Shown here: in pieces, positions 38,853-56,447 of the stretch
How the letters are laid out: every line of letters starts with the position of its first letter
Position numbering within the stretch: the stretch's first letter is position 1
Origin: an uncultured Dehalococcoidales bacterium
GTDB lineage: Bacteria; Chloroflexota; Dehalococcoidia; GIF9; UBA5629
Length of the DNA stretch: 64,000 bases
Reading direction: 5' to 3'
Assembly (NCBI GenBank): GCA_964605885.1
Contig: CAZSED010000004.1
Location: 50,618 to 114,617, forward strand
Position numbers and translations under genes: made by a program
Notes under the pieces: generated by a model
What the model was told of the DNA's origin: nothing
The model's input: only the letters and a program-made list of their open reading frames with translations
Databases searched by the model: none

Positions 38853-39521
38853 TCACCTGCCCCTGGCTATCATCTCAGCCAGCATCAAATCTTCCGGCGT
38901 GGTAATCTTAATATTTTCGTAATCGCCCTGATACAGCTTGACCCTGTAGCCGGCCCGCTCGACGATGCTGGCATCGTCCGTAGCTTCGCTGGAAACCAGC
39001 TCGTATGCTTTGCGCAGCAGGTCGACGCGGAAGACCTGCGGCGTCTGCACCGCCCGCAGCCTGTCGCGCTGCAGTGTCCTGATCACAACGCCTGAATCGT
39101 CAACCTGCTTGACCGTGTCTTTTACCTCTACAGCGGCCGCAGCCGCACCGGTCTCCTTCACAGCATCGATGCCATCACTTATCAGCCTGTTTGTCAGGAA
39201 AGGCCGCGCACCGTCCTGCACCAGCACCAGGTCACATTCGTTAACAACTTCCAGTCCGTTCCTGACGGAGTCCTGCCGCAGTTCCCCGCCCGCACAGATC
39301 CCTGTGACTTTGGACCATTTGCGCTGTGATTTAAGCTCCCCGCCTTTGTTAAGCATGCCTTTCTGCAGCACCAGCACTATCTGGCTTATGGAGTTATTCG
39401 CCTGAAGCACGTCAACCGTCCAGCTGATGAGCGGCCTGCCGCCCAGGGCCAGGAAGGTCTTGTCACCTCCCATCCTGTTTCCCGTGCCGGCGCTGACCAC
39501 GATGGCTGCCATTCTGGCCAT
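38853..39521 (-). CDS. ispD: 2-C-methyl-D-erythritol 4-phosphate cytidylyltransferase
   Basis: 222-aa ORF. AIVVSAGTGNRMG and VLVQDGARP. Confidence 0.93.
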   Translation of the reverse strand: MARMAAIVVSAGTGNRMGGDKTFLALGGRPLISWTVDVLQANNSISQIVLVLQKGMLNKGGELKSQRKWSKVTGICAGGELRQDSVRNGLEVVNECDLVLVQDGARPFLTNRLISDGIDAVKETGAAAAAVEVKDTVKQVDDSGVVIRTLQRDRLRAVQTPQVFRVDLLRKAYELVSSEATDDASIVERAGYRVKLYQGDYENIKITTPEDLMLAEMIARGR

Positions 39522-39522
39522 G

Positions 39523-40920
39523 TTATTCCGGTTCCTCTTTTTTCTTGATAGACTTTTCCAGCCCGAGTTTAAGTGCAGAGGCTATATCCCCGGCCCTGAC
39601 TATCTCAATGCCGCTTACCGCCTGCAACTGCTTCCTGGACGTGGCAGGGACTATGCACCGGACAAAGCCCAGCCTGGCGGCCTCGGCAATGCGCCTCTCT
39701 ATCTGGGGCACAGACCTCAGCTCTCCGCTCAGGCCTATCTCGCCTATGGTGACCGTGCCCGGTATGGCCCGGACATCCCTGAAGCTGGAGGCAATGGCCA
39801 TAGCGATGCCCAGGTCGGCCGCCGGCTCGGAGATCTTGATGCCTCCTGTCACGTTGACGATCACGTCCTGGTTGTAAAGGCCGACACCCGCCCTGCGGGT
39901 CAGTACTGCAGAAATCAGCAGCAGCCGGTTGAAGTCAACCCCGTTGCCGATACGCCGGGGAGGGCCATAGGATGCCAGGCTGGTCAGCGCCTGTATCTCG
40001 ACCAGCAGCGGCCTGCTGCCCTCCAGCGTCGGCACAACAGAAGCGCCAACGCTGCCGTTGACGTATGACTCCAGGAAATACTGTGACGGGTTGGGCACCT
40101 CGATCAGCCCCGATCCACTCATCTCGAAGACGCCCACCTCATTGGTCGAGCCGAAGCGGTTCTTGGCGCTCCTGAGTATGCGGTAGCTATTGAAGGACTC
40201 GCCCTCAAGGTAAAGCACCACGTCGACGATATGTTCCAGCGCCTTGGGGCCTGCAATGGAGCCGTCCTTGGTCACGTGGCCGGAAATAAATACCGGCACA
40301 CCGCTCTTTTTGGCCCAGCGCAACAGTCGCAAGGTGCACTCACGTATCTGGCTGATGCTTCCGGGTGCGCCGCTGACATCGTCGATATAGACGGTCTGTA
40401 CTGAATCCACCACGACCAACTGCGGCTCCATGTTCTCCAGCCTGGCCATGACGCTGTCCATGTTGGTTTCCGGGTACATGTAGAGCCCCACGCCCTCCAC
40501 TCCCAGCCGGTCGGCGCGCATCTTGAGTTGGTGCGAGGACTCTTCTCCCGATATGAAAACTACCTGCCCGTTCTTCCGGGCAATTGCATCTGAGAGCTGA
40601 AGCAGAATGGTGGACTTGCCGATGCCGGGATCCCCGCTGATGAGGACAACTGACCCCGCCACCAGGCCGCCGCCCAGCACCCTGTTGAGTTCTTCGATTG
40701 GAAAGGATATCCTGGCATAGCCGTCCTTTTTAACTTTAGCCAGTTCCTGCGGTGCGCTGGCAGAGTCGATGCGCGGCTCACTGCTGCGTTTGGATACGGT
40801 TACAGTGCTTTCCACCAGGCAGTTCCACTCCTGGCAGCCCGGGCAGCGGCCCTCCCACTTGAGGCTCTCCCTCCCGCAGTTCTGGCAGATATAGACCGTT
40901 TTAGTTTTTTGCCTGTCCAA
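39523..40920 (-). CDS. radA: DNA repair protein RadA
   Basis: 465-aa ORF. Zn finger CQNCG...CPGC, GDPGIGKST, KNRFG, and a Lon-like C-terminal domain. Confidence 0.95.
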   Translation of the reverse strand: MDRQKTKTVYICQNCGRESLKWEGRCPGCQEWNCLVESTVTVSKRSSEPRIDSASAPQELAKVKKDGYARISFPIEELNRVLGGGLVAGSVVLISGDPGIGKSTILLQLSDAIARKNGQVVFISGEESSHQLKMRADRLGVEGVGLYMYPETNMDSVMARLENMEPQLVVVDSVQTVYIDDVSGAPGSISQIRECTLRLLRWAKKSGVPVFISGHVTKDGSIAGPKALEHIVDVVLYLEGESFNSYRILRSAKNRFGSTNEVGVFEMSGSGLIEVPNPSQYFLESYVNGSVGASVVPTLEGSRPLLVEIQALTSLASYGPPRRIGNGVDFNRLLLISAVLTRRAGVGLYNQDVIVNVTGGIKISEPAADLGIAMAIASSFRDVRAIPGTVTIGEIGLSGELRSVPQIERRIAEAARLGFVRCIVPATSRKQLQAVSGIEIVRAGDIASALKLGLEKSIKKKEEPE

Positions 40921-41000
40921 ATCGCTCCATCCTGATTAACGTCAGACGGCCAGCCAATAATAGCAAAAATAGTGATATCCTGCTTGCCTCACTGAGAATT

Positions 41001-41037
41001 TAAAAGGGCGGGACCAGCCTTGTGGGAGGTCCCGCCC
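41001..41037 (-). terminator. intrinsic terminator of clpC
   Basis: Minus strand GGGCGGGACC stem (41037-41028 with 41015-41006), followed by TTTTAAATT. Confidence 0.7.
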
Positions 41038-41063
41038 TTGCAGATACGATATATCCGAGCGTA

Positions 41064-43583
41064 TTACTTGTTATTTTCGCCCAGCAGCAGATTCCCCTCG
41101 CCCGGGAGCAGTTTGCTCTCACCGCCCGCTGCTACCGCCCTCTCTATCTTGCGGATGACTATCTCCGTGCCGTCGTAGTCGACCAGCACCCTGGAGCCGG
41201 TCTCAAATTCACCGCGCAATACTTTATCAGAAAGCCTGTCCTCGACCTCCTGCTGGATCACGCGCCGCAGCGGCCGCGCGCCATAGTCCGGATCGAAGCC
41301 CTTATCGCCCAGGTAATCCTTGGCCGCTTCCGAGATCTCCAGCGTTATCAGCTTCTCTTCCATGGATTTCACAGCCTCGCGCAGCATCAGGTCAACGATC
41401 AGACGGATATGCTCCTTGGTCAGGGCATGGAAGACGATGGAGGCATCCAGGCGGTTGAGGAACTCCGGCTTGAACTGTTTCTTCATTTCGTTCAAGACCT
41501 TCTCCCTCATTTTTTCATAGGCATTTTGTCGGAGCTTGGCCTCGTCCGATTTGACATCGAAACCAAGTGCAGTAGCCTGCTTAATGTCTTTTGCTCCAAC
41601 GTTGGAAGTCATGACCATTATGGTGTTGCGGAAATCCACGCGCCTGCCCTTGGCGTCGGTCAGATGTCCGTCGTCCATGATCTGCAGCAATATGTCATAA
41701 ACATTGGAGTGTGCTTTTTCAATCTCGTCCAGCAGTATGACACTGTACGGGTTGCGCCTGACGGCCTCGGTCAGCTGGCCGCCTTCCTCATAGCCGATGT
41801 AGCCCGGAGGTGCGCCCACCAGCCTGGCCACGTTGTGCTGCTCCATGAACTCGGACATATCCAGCCGCACCATGGCGTCTTCGCTCTTGAACATGAACTT
41901 GGCCAGCGCCTTGACCAGCGCCGTCTTGCCCACGCCGGTCGGGCCCAGGAAAATGAAGCAGCCCATGGGCCGCCGTGCCTCTTTCAGGCCGGCCCTGGAG
42001 CGCCTCACGGCTTTGGCAATGGTGATGATGGCCTCGTCCTGCCCCACGATATCCTGGTGCAGGGCGTCCTCCATCTTGAGCAGCCGTTCCGACTCATCCA
42101 TGGTCAGGTTGACCACAGGTATGCCCGTCCACATGCTGACCACTTCTGCAATATCTTCTTTAGTCACGATGGGCGTTTCTTTCTTCTGGGTGTCCTGCCA
42201 CTCCTGTTCCATGTTCTTTATCTTGCCCTGAAGCTGCACTTCCCTGTCACGCAGCTCGGCCGCCATCTCATACTGCTGTGAAGCGATGGCATTATCCTTG
42301 TCACGCCTGAGTATCTCAAGGGCTTTCTGCGCCTCGGCAATGCCGATGGGCACCACGCCCTTCTTGATCCTGACGCGTGAAGAAGCCTCGTCCACAATAT
42401 CAATGGCCTTGTCGGGCAGGAAGCGGTCGGAGATGTACCTGGCCGCCATCGAAGCTGCGGCTGCCAGCGCCTCCTCATGTATGATCAATTTATGGTAATC
42501 CTCGTAATGATGCTTGATGCCCTTCAGTATGGCCACGGTCTGTTCTACCGTCGGCTCAGCCACCATGACGGGCTGAAAACGCCTCTCCAGTCCGGCATCC
42601 TTTTCAATATATTTGCGGTATTCGTCCAGCGTGGTTGCGCCGATGAACTGTATCTCGCCGCGTGACAGCGAGGGTTTCAAGATGTTGGAGGCATCCACGG
42701 CGCCTTCAGCTGCACCGGCCCCGACGATGGTATGCAGCTCATCGATGAAGACAATGCAGTTTCCCGCGCTCTTTATCTCGTCCAGGACTTTCTTCAGCCT
42801 TTCTTCGAACTCGCCGCGGTACTTGGTTCCCGCCACCAGCGAGCCGATGTCCAGGGTCACCAGCCTCTTGTTTCTAAGCGGCTCGGGTATATCGCCCGTC
42901 ACTATCTGCTGCGCCAGCTTGGTGACAATGGCTGATTTGCCCACGCCTGGCTCGCCGATCAGGGCCGGGTTGTTCTTGGTGCGGCGGCTGAGAATCTGGA
43001 TGATGCGCTCGCACTCCTTCTCACGTCCGACGATATTGTCCAGCTTGCCGTTGCGTGCCAGGCTGGTAAGGTCTATGCCGAGCTGGTCCAGTATGGGTGT
43101 CCGGGCGCCTTCCTTGCTGACGGCACGCGCCTGGCCGCTTCCCGCATTGAGCAGCCTGTTGACCTCGGCCAGCACCCGCTCCAGGGTGACGCCGAGGCTC
43201 TCTAGCACACCAGCCGCCGAGCCTTCCCGCTCGCGCAGCAGCCCCAGCAAAAGGTGCTCCGTCCCAATATAGCTGTGATTCAGGCGTCTGGCCTCGTCTA
43301 CTGCCAGTTCGATAACCTTCTTGGCCCTAGGCGTCAGGCCCACCTCGCTTGTATTCGGCCGGCCGCCCCTGCCCACTATAAACTCCACCGCCGACCTGAC
43401 CTTGCTGACGGCCACACCCAGGTTGGCCAGCACCTGGCTGGCCACGCTGTCCTCCTCCGCTATCAACCCGAGTAATATGTGTTCAGTATCAATATAATTG
43501 TGCCCGAAATGCTGGGCCTCTTCCTGAGCACGTGTGAGGGCCCGGCGGGCACGTTCAGAGAATTTCTCAAATCTACTAGCCAT
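41064..43583 (-). CDS. clpC: ATP-dependent Clp protease ATP-binding subunit ClpC
   Basis: 839-aa ORF. Clp_N repeats, GEPGVGKSA and GPTGVGKTA Walker A motifs, and a UVR-like linker. Confidence 0.96.
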   Translation of the reverse strand: MASRFEKFSERARRALTRAQEEAQHFGHNYIDTEHILLGLIAEEDSVASQVLANLGVAVSKVRSAVEFIVGRGGRPNTSEVGLTPRAKKVIELAVDEARRLNHSYIGTEHLLLGLLREREGSAAGVLESLGVTLERVLAEVNRLLNAGSGQARAVSKEGARTPILDQLGIDLTSLARNGKLDNIVGREKECERIIQILSRRTKNNPALIGEPGVGKSAIVTKLAQQIVTGDIPEPLRNKRLVTLDIGSLVAGTKYRGEFEERLKKVLDEIKSAGNCIVFIDELHTIVGAGAAEGAVDASNILKPSLSRGEIQFIGATTLDEYRKYIEKDAGLERRFQPVMVAEPTVEQTVAILKGIKHHYEDYHKLIIHEEALAAAASMAARYISDRFLPDKAIDIVDEASSRVRIKKGVVPIGIAEAQKALEILRRDKDNAIASQQYEMAAELRDREVQLQGKIKNMEQEWQDTQKKETPIVTKEDIAEVVSMWTGIPVVNLTMDESERLLKMEDALHQDIVGQDEAIITIAKAVRRSRAGLKEARRPMGCFIFLGPTGVGKTALVKALAKFMFKSEDAMVRLDMSEFMEQHNVARLVGAPPGYIGYEEGGQLTEAVRRNPYSVILLDEIEKAHSNVYDILLQIMDDGHLTDAKGRRVDFRNTIMVMTSNVGAKDIKQATALGFDVKSDEAKLRQNAYEKMREKVLNEMKKQFKPEFLNRLDASIVFHALTKEHIRLIVDLMLREAVKSMEEKLITLEISEAAKDYLGDKGFDPDYGARPLRRVIQQEVEDRLSDKVLRGEFETGSRVLVDYDGTEIVIRKIERAVAAGGESKLLPGEGNLLLGENNK

Positions 43584-43639
43584 AGTAACCTCGAAATAAT
43601 GGAATACTAAATACTAACCTGACCTTTTCTTACATATGA

Positions 43640-43668
43640 ATTATATGTTGATTGATAAGGCAAGTCAA
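43640..43668 (-). promoter_or_regulatory. near-consensus sigma-70 promoter of clpC
   Basis: Minus strand TTGACT (43668-43663), 17 nt, TATAAT (43645-43640). Gives a leader of about 50 nt with GAGG before the ATG. Confidence 0.6.
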
Positions 43669-43713
43669 AGAGCGATAGCTTCAGATTAGCTAGGAGAGAA
43701 AGTAAAAAAATAA

Positions 43714-43836
43714 GCCTCTGGCAGTGGCATATTTTCCCAAGGAATCCCTCCCTCAGTATCGTCTGCGCTGAAGCGTTTCACTTCCGTGTTCGGGATGGGA
43801 ACGGGTGGTGCCGCCTCGCTCTAACCACCAGAGGAC
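43714..43836 (-). rRNA. rrf: 5S ribosomal RNA (not linked to a 23S gene in this window)
   Basis: The reverse complement reads GUCCUCUGGUGGUUAGAGCGAGGCGGCACCACCCGUUCCCAUCCCGAACACGGAAGUGAAACGCUUCAGCGCAGACGAUACUGAGGGAGGGAUUCCUUGGGAAAAUAUGCCACUGCCAGAGGC. Helix I pairs CCUCUGG with CCAGAGG. The loop C/helix III block CCCGAACACGGAAGU is present. Confidence 0.92.
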
Positions 43837-43849
43837 TTAACTGTTTAAA

Positions 43850-43878
43850 AGTATAAACGAACGTTCTCTGCCTGTCAA
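43850..43878 (-). promoter_or_regulatory. near-consensus promoter dedicated to the 5S rRNA gene
   Basis: Minus strand TTGACA (43878-43873), 17 nt, TATACT (43855-43850). Lies between the ruvB stop (43890) and the 5S 5' end (about 43836). Confidence 0.6.
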
Positions 43879-43889
43879 TTTCAGCGAAC

Positions 43890-44939
43890 CTAGGCCTGCC
43901 ACAGGCTGCCCTGGGGAGCGGCGCCCTTCTTAAAAGGTATGCCCAGGTGCTCGTAAGCAAGGCGCGTAGCGACACGACCCCTGGGCGTCCTCTCCAGGAA
44001 TCCAAGCTGCAGAAGGTAAGGTTCATATACTTCTTCGATGGTGTCTGCTTCCTCGCTGATGGAGGCTGCTATGGTATCAAGGCCCACCGGGCCGCCGTCG
44101 AACTTCTCGATGATCGTCTTCAGCACCTTGCGGTCTATCTCGTCCAGACCGATCTGGTCCACCTCCAACTTGCCCATGGCGCTCAGGGTGACCTCTTTAT
44201 TGACGGCCCCATCCGCTTTGACCTGAGCATAGTCCCGGATACGTTTGAGCAGGCGGTTGGCCACCCGCGGCGTGCCGCGCGCCCTGCAGGCTATCAGCGA
44301 AATGCTTTCCTCATCTATGTGCAGTTTGAGAATCCGCGCCGACCTTTTGATTATGGCTGCCACGGCCTGCTCATCATAGAAATCCAGCCGGTGAACCGAC
44401 CCGAACCTGTCCCGCAATGGAGAGCTCATGGCTGCATAGCGTGTAGTGGCTCCGATTAAGGTGAATTTCGGCAGGTTCAGCCGCAGGCTCCGGGCACCCG
44501 GCCCTTTGCCCAGTATGATATCCAGTGCGTAGTCCTCCATGGCCGGATAGAGGATCTCTTCCACCACCCTGCTCAAGCGGTGCACCTCGTCGATGAAGAG
44601 CACGTCTCCTTTTTGCAGGTTGGTCAGTATAGCCGCCAGGTCGCCCGGCCGCTCAATGGCCGGTCCCGAGCTTACCTTTATATTCACGCCCATTTCAGCG
44701 GCGATTATGAAGGCCAGCGTGGTCTTGCCAAGGCCGGGCGGGCCGTACAAGAGTATGTGGTCGAGGGCCTCGCCCCGCTTTTGCGCCGCCTTGATGCCTA
44801 TCTCAACATTGTCTTTGACCTTTTGCTGGCCGATGAATTCCGACAGGCGCCTGGGGCGCAGGTTGGTATCCAGTGAGTTATCTTCCGGGTTGAGCTTGCC
44901 GGATACTATCCTTGATGCTTCGGTTTCTGGCGTTTCCAT
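43890..44939 (-). CDS. ruvB: Holliday junction branch migration helicase RuvB
   Basis: 349-aa [30 protein letters not shown]. Confidence 0.96.
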   Translation of the reverse strand: METPETEASRIVSGKLNPEDNSLDTNLRPRRLSEFIGQQKVKDNVEIGIKAAQKRGEALDHILLYGPPGLGKTTLAFIIAAEMGVNIKVSSGPAIERPGDLAAILTNLQKGDVLFIDEVHRLSRVVEEILYPAMEDYALDIILGKGPGARSLRLNLPKFTLIGATTRYAAMSSPLRDRFGSVHRLDFYDEQAVAAIIKRSARILKLHIDEESISLIACRARGTPRVANRLLKRIRDYAQVKADGAVNKEVTLSAMGKLEVDQIGLDEIDRKVLKTIIEKFDGGPVGLDTIAASISEEADTIEEVYEPYLLQLGFLERTPRGRVATRLAYEHLGIPFKKGAAPQGSLWQA

Positions 44940-44961
44940 AGGTTAACTTAGCTTTAATAGC

Positions 44962-44970
44962 ATTATAACA
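44962..44970 (-). promoter_or_regulatory. extended -10 (TGtTATAAT) upstream of ruvB
   Basis: Minus strand TG (44970-44969) and TATAAT (44967-44962), 22 nt before the ruvB ATG. Confidence 0.4.
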
Positions 44971-45000
44971 TATGATCCTGAGAATACGGATACGGTGAAC

Positions 45001-45033
45001 GAAAAAAGAAGTCCCCGCCGATGGCGGGGACTT
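45001..45033 (-). terminator. intrinsic terminator of rpoBC
   Basis: Minus strand GAAGTCCCCGCC stem (45033-45022 with 45018-45007), followed by T6 (45006-45001). Confidence 0.85.
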
Positions 45034-45058
45034 CTGCGCGTACTTACGTTGGAATCAG

Positions 45059-49240
<4,182 letters not shown>

Positions 49241-49247
49241 TTCTTAC

Positions 49248-52976
<3,729 letters not shown>

Positions 52977-53114
52977 TCCTGTCTTAGTTGTTAATTACCG
53001 GTTGGCTGCGAACGAAATAGCCAAATTTAACAATTAATAGTTATGCGTGGAATATTTATGTGGGACCGATAAACATTAATGTTGTAGGTTGGAATGGCAT
53101 AATAGCAAATTTAT

Positions 53115-53143
53115 AATATACCAGTAATTTATGATTTTGTCAA
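53115..53143 (-). promoter_or_regulatory. putative rpoBC promoter
   Basis: Minus strand TTGACA (53143-53138), 17 nt, TATATT (53120-53115), about 140 nt upstream of the rpoB ATG in an AT-rich intergenic region. Confidence 0.5.
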
Positions 53144-53263
53144 ATGGAGCTGCTGCCCTTAAAAATGGCTTCAAACCACATCCGGGGACAAAATACGGCG
53201 GAATCAATCGTTTATAGTGTATAATACGGCCCGTATATTAATTGTATAAGAACGGGGTTCATT

Positions 53264-54586
53264 ATGGCAACTAAAAGACTGGACCTTTTCCCTATAACCG
53301 CAGAGGTAAACAGGCGTAACCACCTTATGATAGGCGGCTGCGATTGTACCGGCCTGGTCAGGAGATACGGCTCGCCTCTGTACCTCTTCGACGAATATAC
53401 GCTGCGCTCCCAGTGCAGGGAATTCATTAACGAGTTCAGCTCACGCTATCCCGATACAGTGGTGGCCTATGCCTCCAAAGCCTTTATCGACAAGCCCCTG
53501 GCCATGCTTTTAAAACAGGAGGGCATGGGGCTGGACACGGTTTCAGGCGGGGAGATAAGCATAGCGCAGGCCGTGGGTTTTCCCGCCGGCCGAATATATT
53601 TTCATGGCAACAATAAGAGCATCTCGGAGCTGGAGATGGCGCTCGACGGAAACATCGGGCGAATAGTGGTGGATAACTTCTACGAGCTCGAGCAGCTAAA
53701 CGGGCTGGCCGCCAGGAAGAAAAAGAAGGCCAATATCCTGCTGAGGCTCAACCCCGGCGTGGACCCGCACACGCATAAACACACCACGACGGGAATACTT
53801 GACAGCAAATTCGGCTTTCCCGTGGGAACCGGGCAGGCTGAACATGCTGTCAGGCGGGCCCTGACCATGCCGCATATAAACCTGCACGGGCTGCATTTCC
53901 ATTTGGGATCACCCATTGCTGAAACCGACCCCTATTTGCAGGGGCTGGATGTGGTGCTCAAGTTTGCAGCCGAGATGAAATCCAGGTACCAGTTCGAGAT
54001 GCGGGAGATGAGCCCGGGAGGGGGCTTCGCCGTCCGCTACGTCACTTCGGCCGAGATACCGACAATATCGACCTACGCCGACACGATAGTACGTAAACTG
54101 AACTCGTTGACGTCCAGCCTGAGCCTGGCAAAGCCCAAGCTGATCATTGAGCCGGGACGCAGCATAGTAGCACGGGCCGGCGTGGCACTTTACACCACCG
54201 GCTCCATCAAGGACATCCCCGCTGTAAGGACCTACGTCTGCGTGGACGGAGGTATGGGAGATAACATTCGCCCCGCCTTATATGACGCTAAGTACGAGGC
54301 CATACTGGCCAATAAGGCTTCCAGCCCCAATACGCAGCAGGTCACAATAGCCGGCAGGTACTGTGAATCGGGTGACATCCTGCTGCGCAACGAAGCCATG
54401 CCGGATATTGTTCCGGGCGATATACTGGCCGTGCCCGTCTGCGGCGCCTACTGCATACCCATGTCAAGCAACTATAACATGGTGCCCCACCCGGCCATAG
54501 TAATGGTCAACGGCGGCAAGGCCAGGATTATGCGCAAGAAGCAGAAGTACTCCGACCTAATGAGATACGACGTAATAAACAAGTAA
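53264..54586 (+). CDS. lysA: diaminopimelate decarboxylase
   Basis: 440-aa ORF. PLP-Lys in AYASKAF, GGGF, and CESGD. Confidence 0.93.
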   Translation: MATKRLDLFPITAEVNRRNHLMIGGCDCTGLVRRYGSPLYLFDEYTLRSQCREFINEFSSRYPDTVVAYASKAFIDKPLAMLLKQEGMGLDTVSGGEISIAQAVGFPAGRIYFHGNNKSISELEMALDGNIGRIVVDNFYELEQLNGLAARKKKKANILLRLNPGVDPHTHKHTTTGILDSKFGFPVGTGQAEHAVRRALTMPHINLHGLHFHLGSPIAETDPYLQGLDVVLKFAAEMKSRYQFEMREMSPGGGFAVRYVTSAEIPTISTYADTIVRKLNSLTSSLSLAKPKLIIEPGRSIVARAGVALYTTGSIKDIPAVRTYVCVDGGMGDNIRPALYDAKYEAILANKASSPNTQQVTIAGRYCESGDILLRNEAMPDIVPGDILAVPVCGAYCIPMSSNYNMVPHPAIVMVNGGKARIMRKKQKYSDLMRYDVINK

Positions 54587-55630
54587 ATGTGGCAAACCCT
54601 GGGTCAAGATCACGTCATTAACTTCCTGAGAGATTCTATCCAGCGCGGTACGCTGGCGCATGCTTACCTGCTGGCCGGCCCTGCCCACGTGGGCAAGATG
54701 AGGCTTGCGCTGGACCTGGCTAAAACCCTTAACTGCACGGGCAGCCAGCCCCCCTGTGGGAATTGCCCGGCCTGCCAGCGCATCGAGCAGGGAAAATTCT
54801 CCGATGTAGTCATCATAGATAAAAATGCGGGGCGTGACCCCAAGGAAAGGAAAAAAGCCACAGAGATCGGCATCGACACCATCCGAGAGCTTTTACAGCA
54901 TGGCTCAAACTTGCCCCCATACGAGGGCAAGTTTAAAGTTTTTATCGTGGACGATGCCGAGCTGATGTCTACCGAGGCGGCCAACTGCCTCCTGAAAACG
55001 CTGGAGGAGCCGCCGAAATACATTGTATTGATCCTGTTGAGTTCAAAGGACAACCTGTTGCTTCCGACCGTGATCTCCAGATGCCAGAGGTTCGAGCTGA
55101 AACCGCTGGCGATAAGCGAGATCGAGGCCAGGATGGCGCATAATCCGGATGTCCCGCCGGAAAAGGCCAGGTTACTGGCCAGGCTGTCAAACGGCTGCCT
55201 GGGCTGGGCGTTGACGGCCATGGGTGACAATAACTACTTCAACCAGCGCGATGCCCGCCTCTCCGAATTCGCTGCCCTCATCACCCAGACGTGGGACGAG
55301 CGTTTCAACTACGCACAGCAGTTGCCCTCTGACAGGTCCAGCGTAGAAGAATTGGTCAGGCTCTGGCTCCTGTGGTCCCGCGACGTTATGCTGGTGAAAT
55401 ACAACTGCGACGACCAGGTGACTAATTTAGACCGCCTCAAGGAACTGAAATCCTGGGCAAATATGATGACGGTGGTTGAAATTACGGGGCTGATCGAATG
55501 TTTGAATAAGGCCCTGGTCGATTTAGGCTATAATGCTAATATACATCTTTTGTTTGAAGTAATAATGCTGGACATACCGAGAAAGGATAAAAGGGCGGGC
55601 TATGCATTCAGCTCCGCCTCAACAGTTTAA
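54587..55630 (+). CDS. holB: DNA polymerase III delta' subunit
   Basis: 347-aa ORF whose ATG abuts the lysA TAA. GPAHVGK, Zn module CGNCPACQRI, and SRCQ. Confidence 0.88.
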   Translation: MWQTLGQDHVINFLRDSIQRGTLAHAYLLAGPAHVGKMRLALDLAKTLNCTGSQPPCGNCPACQRIEQGKFSDVVIIDKNAGRDPKERKKATEIGIDTIRELLQHGSNLPPYEGKFKVFIVDDAELMSTEAANCLLKTLEEPPKYIVLILLSSKDNLLLPTVISRCQRFELKPLAISEIEARMAHNPDVPPEKARLLARLSNGCLGWALTAMGDNNYFNQRDARLSEFAALITQTWDERFNYAQQLPSDRSSVEELVRLWLLWSRDVMLVKYNCDDQVTNLDRLKELKSWANMMTVVEITGLIECLNKALVDLGYNANIHLLFEVIMLDIPRKDKRAGYAFSSASTV

Positions 55631-55632
55631 CC

Positions 55633-56442
55633 ATGGCAACTATAATAGGCGTCCGTTTTATACAGGCAGGGAAAATTTACTATTTCGATACGGCAGGGCT
55701 GGATCTGAAGCTAAACGATCTGGTCGTAGTTGAGACCAACCGCGGCCAGGAGCTGGGCAAAGTGGTGGTGGCTGCCAAAGAGGTCAACCTCGAGGCCAAC
55801 GCTGAGCCTTATAAGCCGATAATCCGCTTGGCCACAGACGAGGATAATGCTCAGGCTCAGCGGCAAAGGGAACGGTCCCGTAAAGCGCTGGCCAAAAGCA
55901 AGCAGATGATAGAGAGCCTCAATCTTCCCATGAAGGCCATCTATGCGCAGTATAACCTGGACGGCAGCCATATCATCATATTTTTCTATTCTGAGAAAAG
56001 GGTGGACTTCCGCGAGCTGGTGCGCAAGCTGAGCCATGAGCTGCGCACGCACGTCGAGCTGAGGCAGGTGGGGGCCAGGGACGAGGCCAAACTCGTCGGG
56101 GGCATGGGTAAGTGCGGCTGCCAGCTATGCTGCGTATCGTTCCTGAGCGAGTTTATGCCGGTTTCAATCAAAATGGCCAAGGAGCAGGACATAGCTCTCA
56201 ATCCGATGAAGACATCGGGGCTGTGCGGGCGGCTGCTGTGCTGCCTGGGCTATGAACACGAGCAGTATCATTGCATGAGAAGTAAACTGCCCGAAATGGG
56301 ACAGGAGATCGTTACCAAGATGGGCCCGGCCAAGATCGTAGGCCGCAATGTTATAAAGGAAACCGTGATGGCCCAGCTCGAAACCGGGGTTACCATAGAA
56401 GTACCACTGAAAGAGACCACCGTAAATACCAAGAGCAGTTGA
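55633..56442 (+). CDS. PSP1-domain protein (RicT/YaaT-like)
   Basis: 269-aa ORF. CGCQLCC...GLCGRLLCCLGYE cysteine cluster. The holB-linked position is conserved in many monoderm bacteria. Confidence 0.88.
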   Translation: MATIIGVRFIQAGKIYYFDTAGLDLKLNDLVVVETNRGQELGKVVVAAKEVNLEANAEPYKPIIRLATDEDNAQAQRQRERSRKALAKSKQMIESLNLPMKAIYAQYNLDGSHIIIFFYSEKRVDFRELVRKLSHELRTHVELRQVGARDEAKLVGGMGKCGCQLCCVSFLSEFMPVSIKMAKEQDIALNPMKTSGLCGRLLCCLGYEHEQYHCMRSKLPEMGQEIVTKMGPAKIVGRNVIKETVMAQLETGVTIEVPLKETTVNTKSS

Positions 56443-56447
56443 AGGGG

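Noticed and set aside
43663-43669. CtsR operator upstream of clpC
   Set aside because: There is a single AGTCAAA heptad, which overlaps the -35, without the second direct repeat required by the GGTCAAA-nAn-GGTCAAA consensus.
43778-44026. 82-aa minus-strand ORF
   Set aside because: It overlaps the 5S rRNA gene, its promoter and the 3' end of ruvB in another frame.
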